Assembly (NCBI GenBank): GCA_046563655.1
Contig: CM102289.1
Location: 5,766,001-5,830,000, forward strand
Length of the DNA: 64,000 bases
Source: Yuukianura sp. NJ FZ-2021
Taxonomy: Eukaryota
Direction: 5' to 3'
Shown here: positions 39,001 through 50,660 of the stretch, in pieces
Layout of the letters: each line of letters begins with the position of its first letter
How positions within the stretch are numbered: the first letter of the stretch is position 1
Made by a program: the position numbers and the translations under genes
The notes under the pieces: generated by a model
Told to the model about the DNA's origin: nothing
What the model saw: the letters and a program-made list of their open reading frames with translations, nothing else
The model's database searches: none

Positions 39001-42000
39001 TCCCTTTGCTATGAATGCAAATTTTTTTAAGCTTTACTTGGTAGTCATTGTTGAGTCCCCATTTGCAGCTGTAGTTGGCGTAAACACAGTCTGTGTAAGT
39101 TCCATTTTCATATTCCGATACAATTCCACTTGCTTCACGGACTTCACCTAAAATTTAAACAAATTAATTCTAAGCTGTGACGTTGGTTTTGAAAAAAAAA
39201 ACAGTTTTATAAGGATTGAATCTGCAGAAGTTGTGTCTGACATACCTGCTCCTGCCAGTAGAGCAAACACGGCGTACGAGCCAGACGTAATGAAAATGGC
39301 CAATAGCGTTCCAGTGGGAATTGCAAAGCCAGGATCCTATATAAAAGTTCAAGTTTTTATTATTTTCAAAATTTTGACACCAATTTTAAAGAAAAAGTGC
39401 TAACCTTCAAATCTCCAGAAAGTGACGCTCCAGCCTGAATTCCGGCAACGGAAGGGAAGAAAATTGAGAAAATAGAAAAGAAATCCTGTTCCATTCCTTC
39501 ACTAAATCGGTAGCCAGGAGTTAAGTTTTCAACGAAAACTTTGGCTAATACAAATCAGGATAAATTAGTTAAACCAAAAAATTTAATGAAAATTTATAAT
39601 GTTATATAATTATTGTTTGCTAATTTACCACTTATTCCTTCAAATCCTTTTGCTTTTTGCAAATCCGACTGTGGCCCCATACAAGCTCCAACAACAAAAT
39701 CCAACATGGCCACTAATAGAATCACGAGCAATCCAACTTGAGCCTAAAAAATTTTTGAAAAAAATTATGAAGGTTTTAAGCTAAAAACTGCTAAAAAAGT
39801 ATCAAAACAAACAGTATATAAAACCACATAAGCCAAAAAAAGCCTAAAGCAATTTTCAATAAATCGTATAATAATTTCAGTAAAAACATTTTTTTTTTCA
39901 TTCTGAAGTTATTTTGTTCTGTCGTTTAATTTTAGTTGCAGCGCATTGTTTGGTGAGTAATTTTTAGAAGTTCTAAGAACATAGTGACAGCCATTGCTGA
40001 CTCAAAATAACCCTTAAAATTGCTTTTAACTGTTTCAGTAGAGTTAATTACTGTAAGTTAGTTAAAATTGGCAAACCTAATTTTAAGTGAACCTAAGTTT
40101 TGACTCACCTTAGCTTCCCATTCCATTCCAATTATGATAATTGACTGAAGAGCAATGAGGGCTATGACGCTAATAATTCTGTTGTCGTTGACTCCGCCGT
40201 CAACAATACTTAAACCTTCTGCTTTCAAAAGTGAAATCAACGATTCTGAAAATCCGACAATATTCAGCGCAGCCATTCCTGCGTTTGCAAAACTGAAAAC
40301 CACACCCACTGCGCCACCAAATTCCGGACCAAGACTTCGCCTAAAACCCCAAGAAAACAATTTCTTTTAAACAGTGATTCAAGTTTTTAGAGAAAATTCT
40401 TGTTGTTCGAACATGCAACTTACGAAATCATGTAGTAGAGTCCACCACCTTTCATTTCTCTGTGGAAAAGAAAATGAGATGGTGAATTTTATGGAAATTT
40501 TGGGAATTTTTACTAATTTTGGATAATTTTTAAAATTTGAACCAATTACCCGTTAGTAGACATTGCCGACATGCTTAGAGTGGTAACGCAAGTAATTGCA
40601 GTTGAAATAACAATAATAATTAAAGAGTGCGCTGTGGAAATAAAAGTTTTAAATTTTTTATTTAGTAATTTTGAAAACTATTTTTAACAAAAATATAATG
40701 CAAACTTCGCACTTACCAATTCCAGCCTGTCCGACCATCCAAGACAGTCGAAGAAATAGCATGACTCCCCTGTCGTAAGAAAAAGTTTTTTGAAAACTTT
40801 GTACAAATTTTTGAAAACTGTCAGATTTTCAAAAAAAAAAAGAAAAAAAGAAAACCTTACCAAATATTTAACAGACAGCGAACCAAGCATCCTTCAATCC
40901 ACCCAAACTTTACAGCCCCGCCAGCTCCATCGCCATTTTCAATGTTTGGACTCTAATTTTGTTCAAAACGAAGATAATTAACACTAGTTGATTTGACCTA
41001 AAAAAATGTTGACCTCTGACCTCTCTCCGTCGAATGTCTCCACCTTCATGAAGGTCGTCCAGCGTTGGACGCTGAGCCGCTTGAAACGACATGAGATTTC
41101 TGTAGTTTTCCATTTTAGGCAAAGCTTCTTGGGTGTACTGCTGAAGGCTGAGGCCATAGTGAGTATGGTCACCACCCGTAAAGTCTGCGACTTCCGGAAG
41201 AAAAACGGAACTCTTCCGACGCACATTCGGATTCGCACCGGTACAAGCCGAAATTTTCCGAACAGCCGTCATTGTGCACCGTGTCGTTTCGGCCCAAGTG
41301 CCAGTCGTTACTACTGTACAGACGCCGCCGTTGGGTGTCGTAGGCGACCGTTCTTCTGGAATTGCGTTTTCCAATCCACGCAGACTTCCAGGTCTCGTGG
41401 TTCGGAGAACAATGGAATCGATTCGGTCGACTTGGAATCTGCTTCCAGAAGGCTTCTGAATCTAGAATAACGTTAGGACAATTCAAAAAAAAATTTGAAA
41501 ACGTGAGAAAACTGAAATCGCGAAAAGTGAAAATATTGTTGACTGATGAGATGCAACTGAAACAGCGACTGTTGGCCTGCGAGTAGCTTTGGGAGTGTCG
41601 AGTCTAATGAGACTGTTTAAGTCAACAGAAGTGAAAGGTGATTAAATAGACGCTAAACTGTAGATGAGGCAGCCACCCTACGTTTAACGCTAACGTTAAC
41701 ATTAGGTTTACATTAAGTTTAGGTTAGGCAGAAAGTCTCAATCGCACACCAGTTCCAGACGTAAGTTGTTTCTTTGGAGCGAAGTGTCATGAATTGCAAA
41801 ATACTTGGAAAAAGGCTTCCCCCACAAACTTATTACTCACAATGACATCACAACTTGATCTCCATCTGCTAACCGCAATAACCTTTGCAATTTTAACACA
41901 TTTTTGATAATTTACAGAATTCAGCATAACTTAAAAGACAAAAAAACAAGTTTATCGATAACAATTTTTGATTCCAATGAAGTACGAAATGAATTCAGCA

Positions 42001-42773
42001 TCCAAATTTGTCGAATTTTGAAAAACAAATGTGGGCAAGTCATAGTCTAAACATGAACGCAGCCAAGCATACTCTGGAATAACACTCGAAAGACTTCCGT
42101 AGACTTGCCCAAGCTTGTTTTGAGTCTGCCCAAGGTTGTTCTTGCTAGAAATCACTTTTCCTGGATCCTCTCATCATCTTTATCATCTTACTAGGACATC
42201 CTATTGTCATTCTAATGTTGAGTACTCGCACATTCTCACATGAATGACTCCACAACATCATTGTACAACTTCCATTAGCTTGTGTTCAAGTAACCGCGGG
42301 GTCGTTGACATCCAGATTTCCAAGATAAGCTTAGACAAAAACCGCAGTTTACCAAAAACTTGTTAAGGTCAAGTTCACATTGCGGCTCTGTGCATCTCAA
42401 ATCTTGTTTTTTTAAAGCCATTAGGTTTAGCGTTCAACTTTATAACTTTTCATTGATTTGCATAAATCTTCGCCAATTAGCCATTTTTGTAAATTCGTTT
42501 GGAAATAATTTCACAATTTTATTTTTCAAATCCAAGGTCCTGACTTTAGCCAAATTAAAATCGAGCTCATTCTAATAAGAACCTCGTGCCTTCTAATTTT
42601 GTTCGGCTCTTAAGATGTTGCAATGTTAGTTAGTAAATTAGGCTTAATTTGAAAATTGGCACCATTTTGTAATATGCAGATTGAACAGCAATTCATTTTG
42701 ACTTTGAAATTACTAATTGAATGTACTTGAAGTAATTGGTCTCTTTAAGTAAAATTACCTCTGCTAACTCCAT
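33040..42773 (-). CDS. SLC12 Na-dependent cation-chloride cotransporter, paralogue B (atypical, NaCCC2/Ncc83-like signature)
   Basis: Probable short first coding exon MELAE (42773-42759, phase 0) spliced to [11 protein letters not shown] (41461). Then [79 protein letters not shown], and [16 protein letters not shown] (33040-33042). No frameshift or stop seen in the exons read. Confidence 0.93.
36054..36493. mobile_element. MITE/foldback element of 440 bp with ~137-bp imperfect inverted arms, inside an intron of paralogue B
   Basis: 36054-36190 (cgagggaacatttccaacctgtagtcgagttttggaatttaaaaaatac...gctcgaaccc) is the degenerate reverse complement of 36357-36493. No ORF and no intact target-site duplication. 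Confidence 0.75.
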
Positions 42774-43012
42774 ATTTTTTGATCCCGTGCTCCTAGCAAT
42801 TTAGGTTGTGATAAAAACGGCTTAGCGCTAAGCCATGTTCCCTTGATCTTCCGCTTGGTTTGAATCTGCTCCTATCCAGAACTGGGGAAACCGTCAGACG
42901 TTCACTGAATAATGCAGAAGATGAAGAATTAGCTGGAAGGACAAGATGTTCCCTTCACTCTGGAAACTACAATTCCAAAACTAGAATTCTAGGCTTTTTA
43001 GTTGGGATTCCT

Positions 43013-43082
43013 CAGTCTTTTTAGTTAGGATTCTTTCTACTATAGTCTTTTTTAGTTAGAAAATTTGATAGTCTTTTTAGTT
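43013..43082. repeat. Three degenerate copies of agtcttttt(t)agtt
   Basis: Direct repeats at about 43014, 43044 and 43070, upstream of the paralogue B start. Confidence 0.45.
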
Positions 43083-44420
43083 GAAATCACACGGGGACGC
43101 GACAGGTCTTTAATTTACAACTTCCATTTGGTCCGTTATCATGAAAAATATGAACTATACGTCTCTGTTTTACATAATTCCCTTTGCTCAACATAAACAA
43201 TAACAATTAACTTAAACTATAAGCGAAATGTGTATTCATTTGAAATGTGTACTCATCAAACGTGTGCTCATTTTTTTTTGGAATTACAATCTCGAGATTA
43301 TTAATTTTTCAAATTTTGTTGTTGTTTTTTTCTGAATCGTGCATTTTTTTTTCAAATGTTTCTAGGCACATTTTTATAACTTTTGATATTTATTCTTCAA
43401 AGCTAATTGTTATTTATCCTGGGAAGAGGCAGTTTAACCTAACTATCAATAAGGTAACTTTTTAGTTCAAGTTCAACGGGAAGAGGCATCAGAAACATAA
43501 CAGAAGTTGAGGTCATGAATGAACTAATTGGAATTGTTAATTAATCATAATAATTTTCCATGGCCAATTATTATCTCTTTGCATTAAACAACGAGGAGTG
43601 TTCCAGCGTGCAAGAATTTTTATGTTCCGGCGCGACTGCCACTTCCCAAGTCACAAGTGCTAATTCAGCCCTTGATGATTTCCGCTCCAACGAAGTTCTT
43701 GTTTAACGTGAGACACGCTTAATTTCAAATTCTTTTCACATCTTCAATTTCAAAAGTTTTCACCTCTTTCTTATTTTCTCCTTTGTTTCCTTTTGTTGAG
43801 AGAGAAGATGAGGAACAATGCTCCAGAAAAATTTCATTTCCAATTCAAAAATCAATTTTTGTTAAGACTTCTTTTGTTTGTATTTGCAAATTTAGGGACA
43901 CTCACGACTTGGAACATGGAAAAGTCGCAATAGTTCCCAATTCACAAGTCCAGTGCATGTATTTCGAAGGGCGCTACTGCGCAATACTTTTCCAAGAACT
44001 TTTTTTTTTGCGTGCGATTCCTGTCAAGTCAAAAACCTTCGGGATTTGCAGACGCGAAAAATGTAACATTTGCAATTCTTTTGTTCCAACGGGATTGAGG
44101 CAGTTGCAAAAACTTTGCGTATTTTCAACTACGTTAACACGACTTATACAACACTGCTTTAATTTCCATTTGAATTGAAAGTCACAAGGTTGCTTAAGCC
44201 TGAGCTTAGCAAAAAAAATGTTACGGGAAAAAAAACTGAAAAATGTCAAAATAATGCAATCTTTCTTCAAACTATTTGAAATTATAATTCAATTTAACTA
44301 TATATTCAAGCAAATAATATACATAGCATATAGTTGACTAACTTTTTCTTCTAACACTGTGATTAATGGTACAACTAATACTTTTTGGTCTCAACTTTTT
44401 GCACTCAAGGCCAAAGCTTT

Positions 44421-47400
44421 TTAAGAATAAAACGTAAGAACGGATGTTTGGTTTCCGCGAACGAGCAGAAATGGTGGCATATCTTTCGTCAGGCACTCCA
44501 GCCATGCCAAGTAGAGTGGAGCCGAAACACCGCCGCGACGTGGGATAGGCTGAAATTCAAAAACAAAAATGAATTCAGTTTTGGCGCCAATTTTCTAAAT
44601 CAAATTTTTACTTCTGGTCGTACCATGGTCATTACAACAAGATTGGCCATTCGGGAATGATCCAACAGAAGTTCACGAAGTCGTAAGTGGCGATTAGTCT
44701 TTTCCCGCAAACTTTTTAGTTCAGCGTCCTCCACTTCCATTTCTAAAATGAGAAAAGTTGGTACTTGAAACTTTTTTAAAACAAAAAAGTGATTTGTGCT
44801 CAAGTTTTGTAGTCACCAGGATCTTTTCCGTCGTTTCCGCTTCTGTATTCCTTGATGAGCTCATCAAAAAATTTCCAGCTGACATCCGTTGCCTTCTTGG
44901 TCACATCCGAAATGATAATCAGGTCGGAATAAGAAATTCGAAATTTTGACAAAAGACTAGCTAGTCTGAAAACAAAAATTTTCATAATGTAGAAATAATT
45001 TTTTATCGTGTTCCAACATTTTCTAAATTGATTTACCCTGCTTGTTCCACTTCCAAATTGTTTTGTTTACTTGCGAGAGCAAAGACGCGAATTTTGCTTC
45101 CTTGAAAAATTGACCTTGTAGAAATTATGTATGGAAGCAACATAGTCAACCCTCCATCGTCGTATCTTCACAAATTAAAATGTGGATTAAAATGTGATAT
45201 TTAAAATACTTGGTTAAAATAATTATCCAATTCAATGAAACTTACAGCCACCAAATGTCAATTGTTGACTTCCTTTGTTTCGTTTGGAACTGAGTCAAGT
45301 TGTTTATAACGGATTTCGGAAGGATATCTCCGTTCGGACTCCTAGAAGCATTTCAAAGACAACAATAAATTTTATACTCAAATTTCAAAATTTCAAAGTT
45401 TCCAAATTTCAAAAATTTAAACTTGAAGATATTACCTTAGGTTTTGTACTAAATCCTTTTGGCGTTTTTTCATTTTTGAATCTCCTTCTGGCTCCATTGT
45501 GAAACCGCCATTTCCATGTCCAAGATCTGGCGTCAAATGGGAAGACGTACTAAACCCACCTAGAAAAGTACACAAACTTTAAATTTGTTAGCGCCTAAAT
45601 TCTGGCGCTAAAATTTGAAATAAACAAATTTTACTGGCGTCGGATTCGACACGAGAAAGCGTGAGGATGTCCACCACCTCTTGGCTGTCGACGTTGATGA
45701 GGTCAGAGTAATCAAGACCCTCTCGCAATCGTAACATTGCAAATCCCAGGTGAGTGTCCAGGACGTCGCTAAAATGTTTAAAATTTGTTTAAAATATTCA
45801 AAAACTTTTCAAACAGGTTCAAGAAAATTGCTGTGTTTGCTTACTGAATTACACGGAAGTAGGCTTTTAGTTCTTCCGAGTCACATGTTTTCCAATCCGA
45901 TTTAAATCCCATCATCACCTACATCAAAAATAAGTCTAAAATTGTGCTTTTTTTTTGTTTTTATATAATTTTTTTAGTTTTAGTTTTCCATGAACAAAAC
46001 TTCGACAAAAAAAAAGCTACGAACGTACAATGTTTGGCTTCATTTTGCCTAAACCAGAAGCTTGCATCAAACATCGCGCGCCTTCTTCAAAATCGACGTC
46101 GTCCACCAAGCTGTAGAAAGCTTTGACTCTGTGGTTTTGAAACCAGGAGTTGGCTTTTGCATTCAAATACTCCCGTACTTTATAAGATTGTCTATCCTAA
46201 AAAACAAGTTTCCAAATTGAAATCAACAACTTTTTTGAAATATTTGGAAACTTACTTGAATAATGTGTCCGCAGATGACCATTGAAATGTTTTTGGTAAT
46301 CAAGTAAGCAAAGTCAATTAACGTAGGGCGTGAAGAGGGACGCCCGCTAAGCAGCAGAATTTGCGGTTGGTAGTTTTTGATGTGATCTTGTGTGTTAGAT
46401 AAAGCTTGAACGGAACTCAATGCACTTTTGAAATTTTGTGCCTGTGCTGATGATCCCCAGTTGACATCTGCAAAACCACATTAAACTGAATTTAATTTCT
46501 GTGTAATTTCATTGTTAAATTTTTACTTGAACGTACCTGGCTTAATGTAAACCAAAATTAGGAATAGACATGCCAGAATGCCAAATGTAATGAGAGCAGT
46601 GACCCATGACATGAGGAACATAATGGCCACACAAAGCACAAATCCAACGAAACTACTGTATTTGCTGTAATACTAAAATTCAAAATGAAAATTTGCAAAT
46701 TTTTATAGTATCGCCATCAAAAAATTTGAAAATATTTTTTTTTCACAAAGTTTACCCGAAACTCTGGACGCCATCCAAGCGGTTTCACCAAAGCTGCATG
46801 GAAAGTACAAAAGTTCACCATAGCGTACTACACAAATCAAAAAGTTAAACCAATTTTTTTTAAAAACCAGTTTAAAAATTTTGCAAAAAAAAAAAGGAGC
46901 TCCAAAAATTTACCGCAGCCATGTAGAAGTTGGATATTAATGGTGCGATGGCATTGAGCTCAGCTAAACAGTTAAAAGGATCAAAATGAAAATTGAAGCG
47001 GAAATGTTGCATAATCAATTAACCTAAAGCATTTAAGATACCCTATTTTAACCTAACTTACTTAAATTAGTCCTTACCAATCAGAATAAAAGCCAGTGCG
47101 ATGATGAATGCAATAATGTAGGCATAAAACGGATCATTGTTTTTCCGAAATCCTCTTCCGAGTGGACCAATGAACGGATACAAATTGTCTTTGCAAAGAG
47201 CTTGAAAAATTTTTGGTGCAGAAACGAGACATGCCAGTGCAGAGGACAAAGTTGCAGCAAAACAACCCGCATAAATAATTGGACCAAAAATGGCCATGAG
47301 TTCCATGATCTGAAAAATCAGAGATTTAGTTAGCCTTTGAAATCTTCCAATACGGTTCAAGTGCACACCCACCTGAAAACTGTTGTGCAATCCCCATTCG

Positions 47401-50400
47401 CAACTGCTCTTTCCAGTAGTGTAGTTGACTGTACAGTTATTGCCAAATTCCCAAGTTTCTACAATTTCTTCTGTCAAATTTCCAACTGGACCCATTGCAT
47501 CTCGGATGCATTCAGATCCTGCCAGAAGTGCAAAAATAATGTAGGAGGCAGTGGTAGTCAAAATGGCAAGAAGAGTTCCTTTTGGAATGGCCGCAGAAGG
47601 ATCCTGTAGTTGAAAAATGAAAATTTTATTACGAGTTTCTAAATTTTTGTGACATTCTTGACCTTCAAATCTCCAGAAATGTTGGCACCAGCAGTGATTC
47701 CAGTTGCAGCGGGAAAAAAGATGGCGAAGATTGTAAAGAATCCATGTTGCATTCCGTCTTGAACCCGAAAGTTTGGAGAAAAGTTGTCAGCAAATGCGGA
47801 TGCTTCAAAATTTTGACACAAATAAAATAAAATTTAGAATTCATACTAATACATATTCAAAACTAAAGCATCATATTCACTTACAATTAAATCCAATGTA
47901 GCCTCTAGAAATTTCATCTGAATCAAGTGGTCCAATAAAAGCTCCAATAAGAAAATCCGCAATTGCAACGAGCAAAATTATCAGCAACACAATTTGAGCC
48001 TAGTTTGAATTTTCTATTTTCAATTTTTTGGCACATTCTACCAAATTTAGTAGTTTCAGTTTCATAATAGCAGAGTATTCGGTGCATTTAGTCAATTGAA
48101 TTATATCAACTGCCATTGCATCAACTGAATTAGGTCAAATGGAAGTGTATTAACCATCAAATGTGTCTGTTAATAATTTTATCCACGAACCTTGCCAAAC
48201 CTAACCTAAGCTAAATTAGCAATTATGCACGTTCACACAATTAAAAAGTTGACAAAACTTGGTTGGTGCGATGGCAGTTGATACAATTCAATCGGTACAA
48301 TGGCGTCCTCCCACGCATACGTATTGAGTTTTGAATACAAAATGTTTGATTGTATTCTCACCTTCGACTCCCATTCAGTTCCGATAATAATGATGGACTT
48401 TGGAAAGAAAATTTCAAAATAAATTTCAAATTTTCAAATTTGTAAGTCCGTTTTTTATATAAGAAACTGTCCTACCTGCATCACAATTAACGCAATTGTT
48501 CCAACAATTCTGATGTCATTCTGTGCATTGTCAATAATTTTGACCTAAAACAAAGCAAAAAAATATCAGCAAATGTTTGCACATTAAGTAAAGTAAGAAT
48601 TTTGAAAATACAAATTGACTGTGAAATTACTTGTAATGTTTTCAACAGATCGTTCAGAGACTCAGCAAATCCAACTGTGTGCATTGCAACTGCCGTTGCC
48701 TAATTCAGAAAGGAATTGCAAAATCATTAGTATTTTCTCAATGTTCACATTTTAAAGATTTCAAAAAATTCAAAAATTTGTACATTTGCAAAAGAGAAGA
48801 TGGCTCCCACTGCCCCTCCAAATTCTGGACCCAGCGCTCTAGAATTTAAATTTTTAATTTTAAAGTCATGCAGTTCTTCATGCTTTTGAAGCATTGTTGA
48901 ACTGGAAACATAAAAAGGATAACTTTTATATTTCTCTCACCAATTCTGTTTAACATTCAACAACTTTTTATTGAAATTGATGATTGAAATTAAAATTAAT
49001 TCTATTAGCATGTTATCCGATAGACTCAATCTAGACTCATAAAAATGCTGCCAGACACATGACATGCGTCATGCGTTTGTTTACGAAAATTCACATGAAT
49101 TCAAACAGTTGCTGAGCGTGAGGTCATCCGTTTTCGAACCAAAAATAAAAACAATTGAACCAAAAGATGCCGAGTTTGCCAAGGGTGTTTCAATTGTACA
49201 CTTTGTTAATTTGTACTTTCATTGACCTAGGGTAACTCTGCGTGTGTAAAAACAAGTGGAAAAGCTTCTCGATTTTTAGAAAAGTCAAAAATCGCATGAG
49301 TGTTACCTTGAAATCATGTAGTAAATTCCTCCTCCCTTGATTTGTCTAAATAATGAATATAAAGGTAGGTTTAGATATAGAAATGTGTGAGTTGTGCAAA
49401 ATGTTCTAAATTTTGAATTTTTACCCATTGGTGCTAATTGCACTCATGCTAAGAGCAGTCAAAGTGGTTACAGTTGCAGAGAGACAAATGATTACAATGG
49501 CCAATCCTGTTAGCACAATCAGTAGCTAATATTTTTAATTTCAAAATGTTTTTTAGTTGTAATAGTGCTAATTTGGGACAATTTTTACCAATTCCAGCTT
49601 GAGCTACAACCCAGCTCAATCGCAAAAACAACATCACACCCCTTGAGAAATAGAGCAAAATTAGTGAACCTGATTTTCCAAAAAATATCACACCTTTTCT
49701 TTCATATTTAAACTAAATCAGTGCATATTTTGTTACCAAATGTTGAGCAAGCATCGCACCAACACCCCTTCGATCCATCCGAATTTAACTGAAGTTCCAG
49801 CAGCCTCCGGTTGTGGTTCAGGTTTCTATTTCGAAAACGAACCATTTACGTAAACATGAACCATGTCCAACGACTTAGAGTAAACGCCATAATCATACAT
49901 AAATTCAGGTAGAGTGGCAAATTTGAAATTCAGTTTGCGTTTCATCGAAAACATAAAGAAATTAAAGTGCAACGTGAACAACGTAAAATACGAATAAAAG
50001 GTTAAACCAAATCCGGAAAAAATTTTCTGGTCATAAAACGTTTTCGTGGAAGATGGTTTTGAAAAAGCACATCAAATACAAATAACCTTAAAAATTCAAA
50101 TTCTGTCACTTGTTTACACATGAGTTAACTAACAGCATAATTAAATTTTGGTATCGATTTTTTCAAAAAAAACATATGATCACTTGTTTCTTTACTCTGG
50201 CTAAGTTCTCGGACTTTACCTTGGCATACATGGCTTCGCTGCGAAGTTCATCCATCGTTGGTCTTGCACAGACCTCGTGGCTTTGCAAATTCTTGTAATG
50301 GTCCATTTTTGGCAACGCTTCCCGCGTGTAGTAAGCCAAACTTTGTCCATACACCGTCTGAGCTTGCGCACCGCCATCATCCTCTTCATAGTCAAATTCC

Positions 50401-50660
50401 TTTGGCAAACTCACAGACTTTTTGCGTCCTCCTCCCAGGCCCTGTGCAATGGACGTTCTGCGTTGCATCTGCGGATGCGCCGTGGGTTGCTGTGCACAAA
50501 TCACATTAGTCAACTCCTGTTCTTCTGGAATTGAACTACTCTGAAGACCCAACCCACCACCAAAGTTCAGTAAAAGTTGGCCCGAAGAAATACGATTTAC
50601 CCGAAACCGGTTAGAGTCCAGAGTCGGAGGTGGAGGATTCGAACTAGGGATGTCTGTCAT
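44421..50660 (-). CDS. SLC12 Na-dependent cation-chloride cotransporter, paralogue C (NCC-like His at the K+ site)
   Basis: First in-frame ATG 50660 (MTDIPSS), [87 protein letters not shown], and [16 protein letters not shown] (44421-44423). Confidence 0.93.
48096..48291. mobile_element. Small MITE-like element: 30-bp inverted repeats around a CCTAA-repeat core, in an intron of paralogue C
   Basis: ttgaattatatcaactgccattgcatcaac (48096-48125) versus the reverse complement of 48262-48291, ttgaattgtatcaactgccatcgcaccaac (3 mismatches). Central aacctaacctaag near 48198-48210. Confidence 0.55.

Noticed and set aside
41006..41470. 154-aa plus-strand ORF and other overlapping ORFs
   Set aside because: Antisense or off-frame shadows of the GC-richer N-terminal exon of paralogue B.
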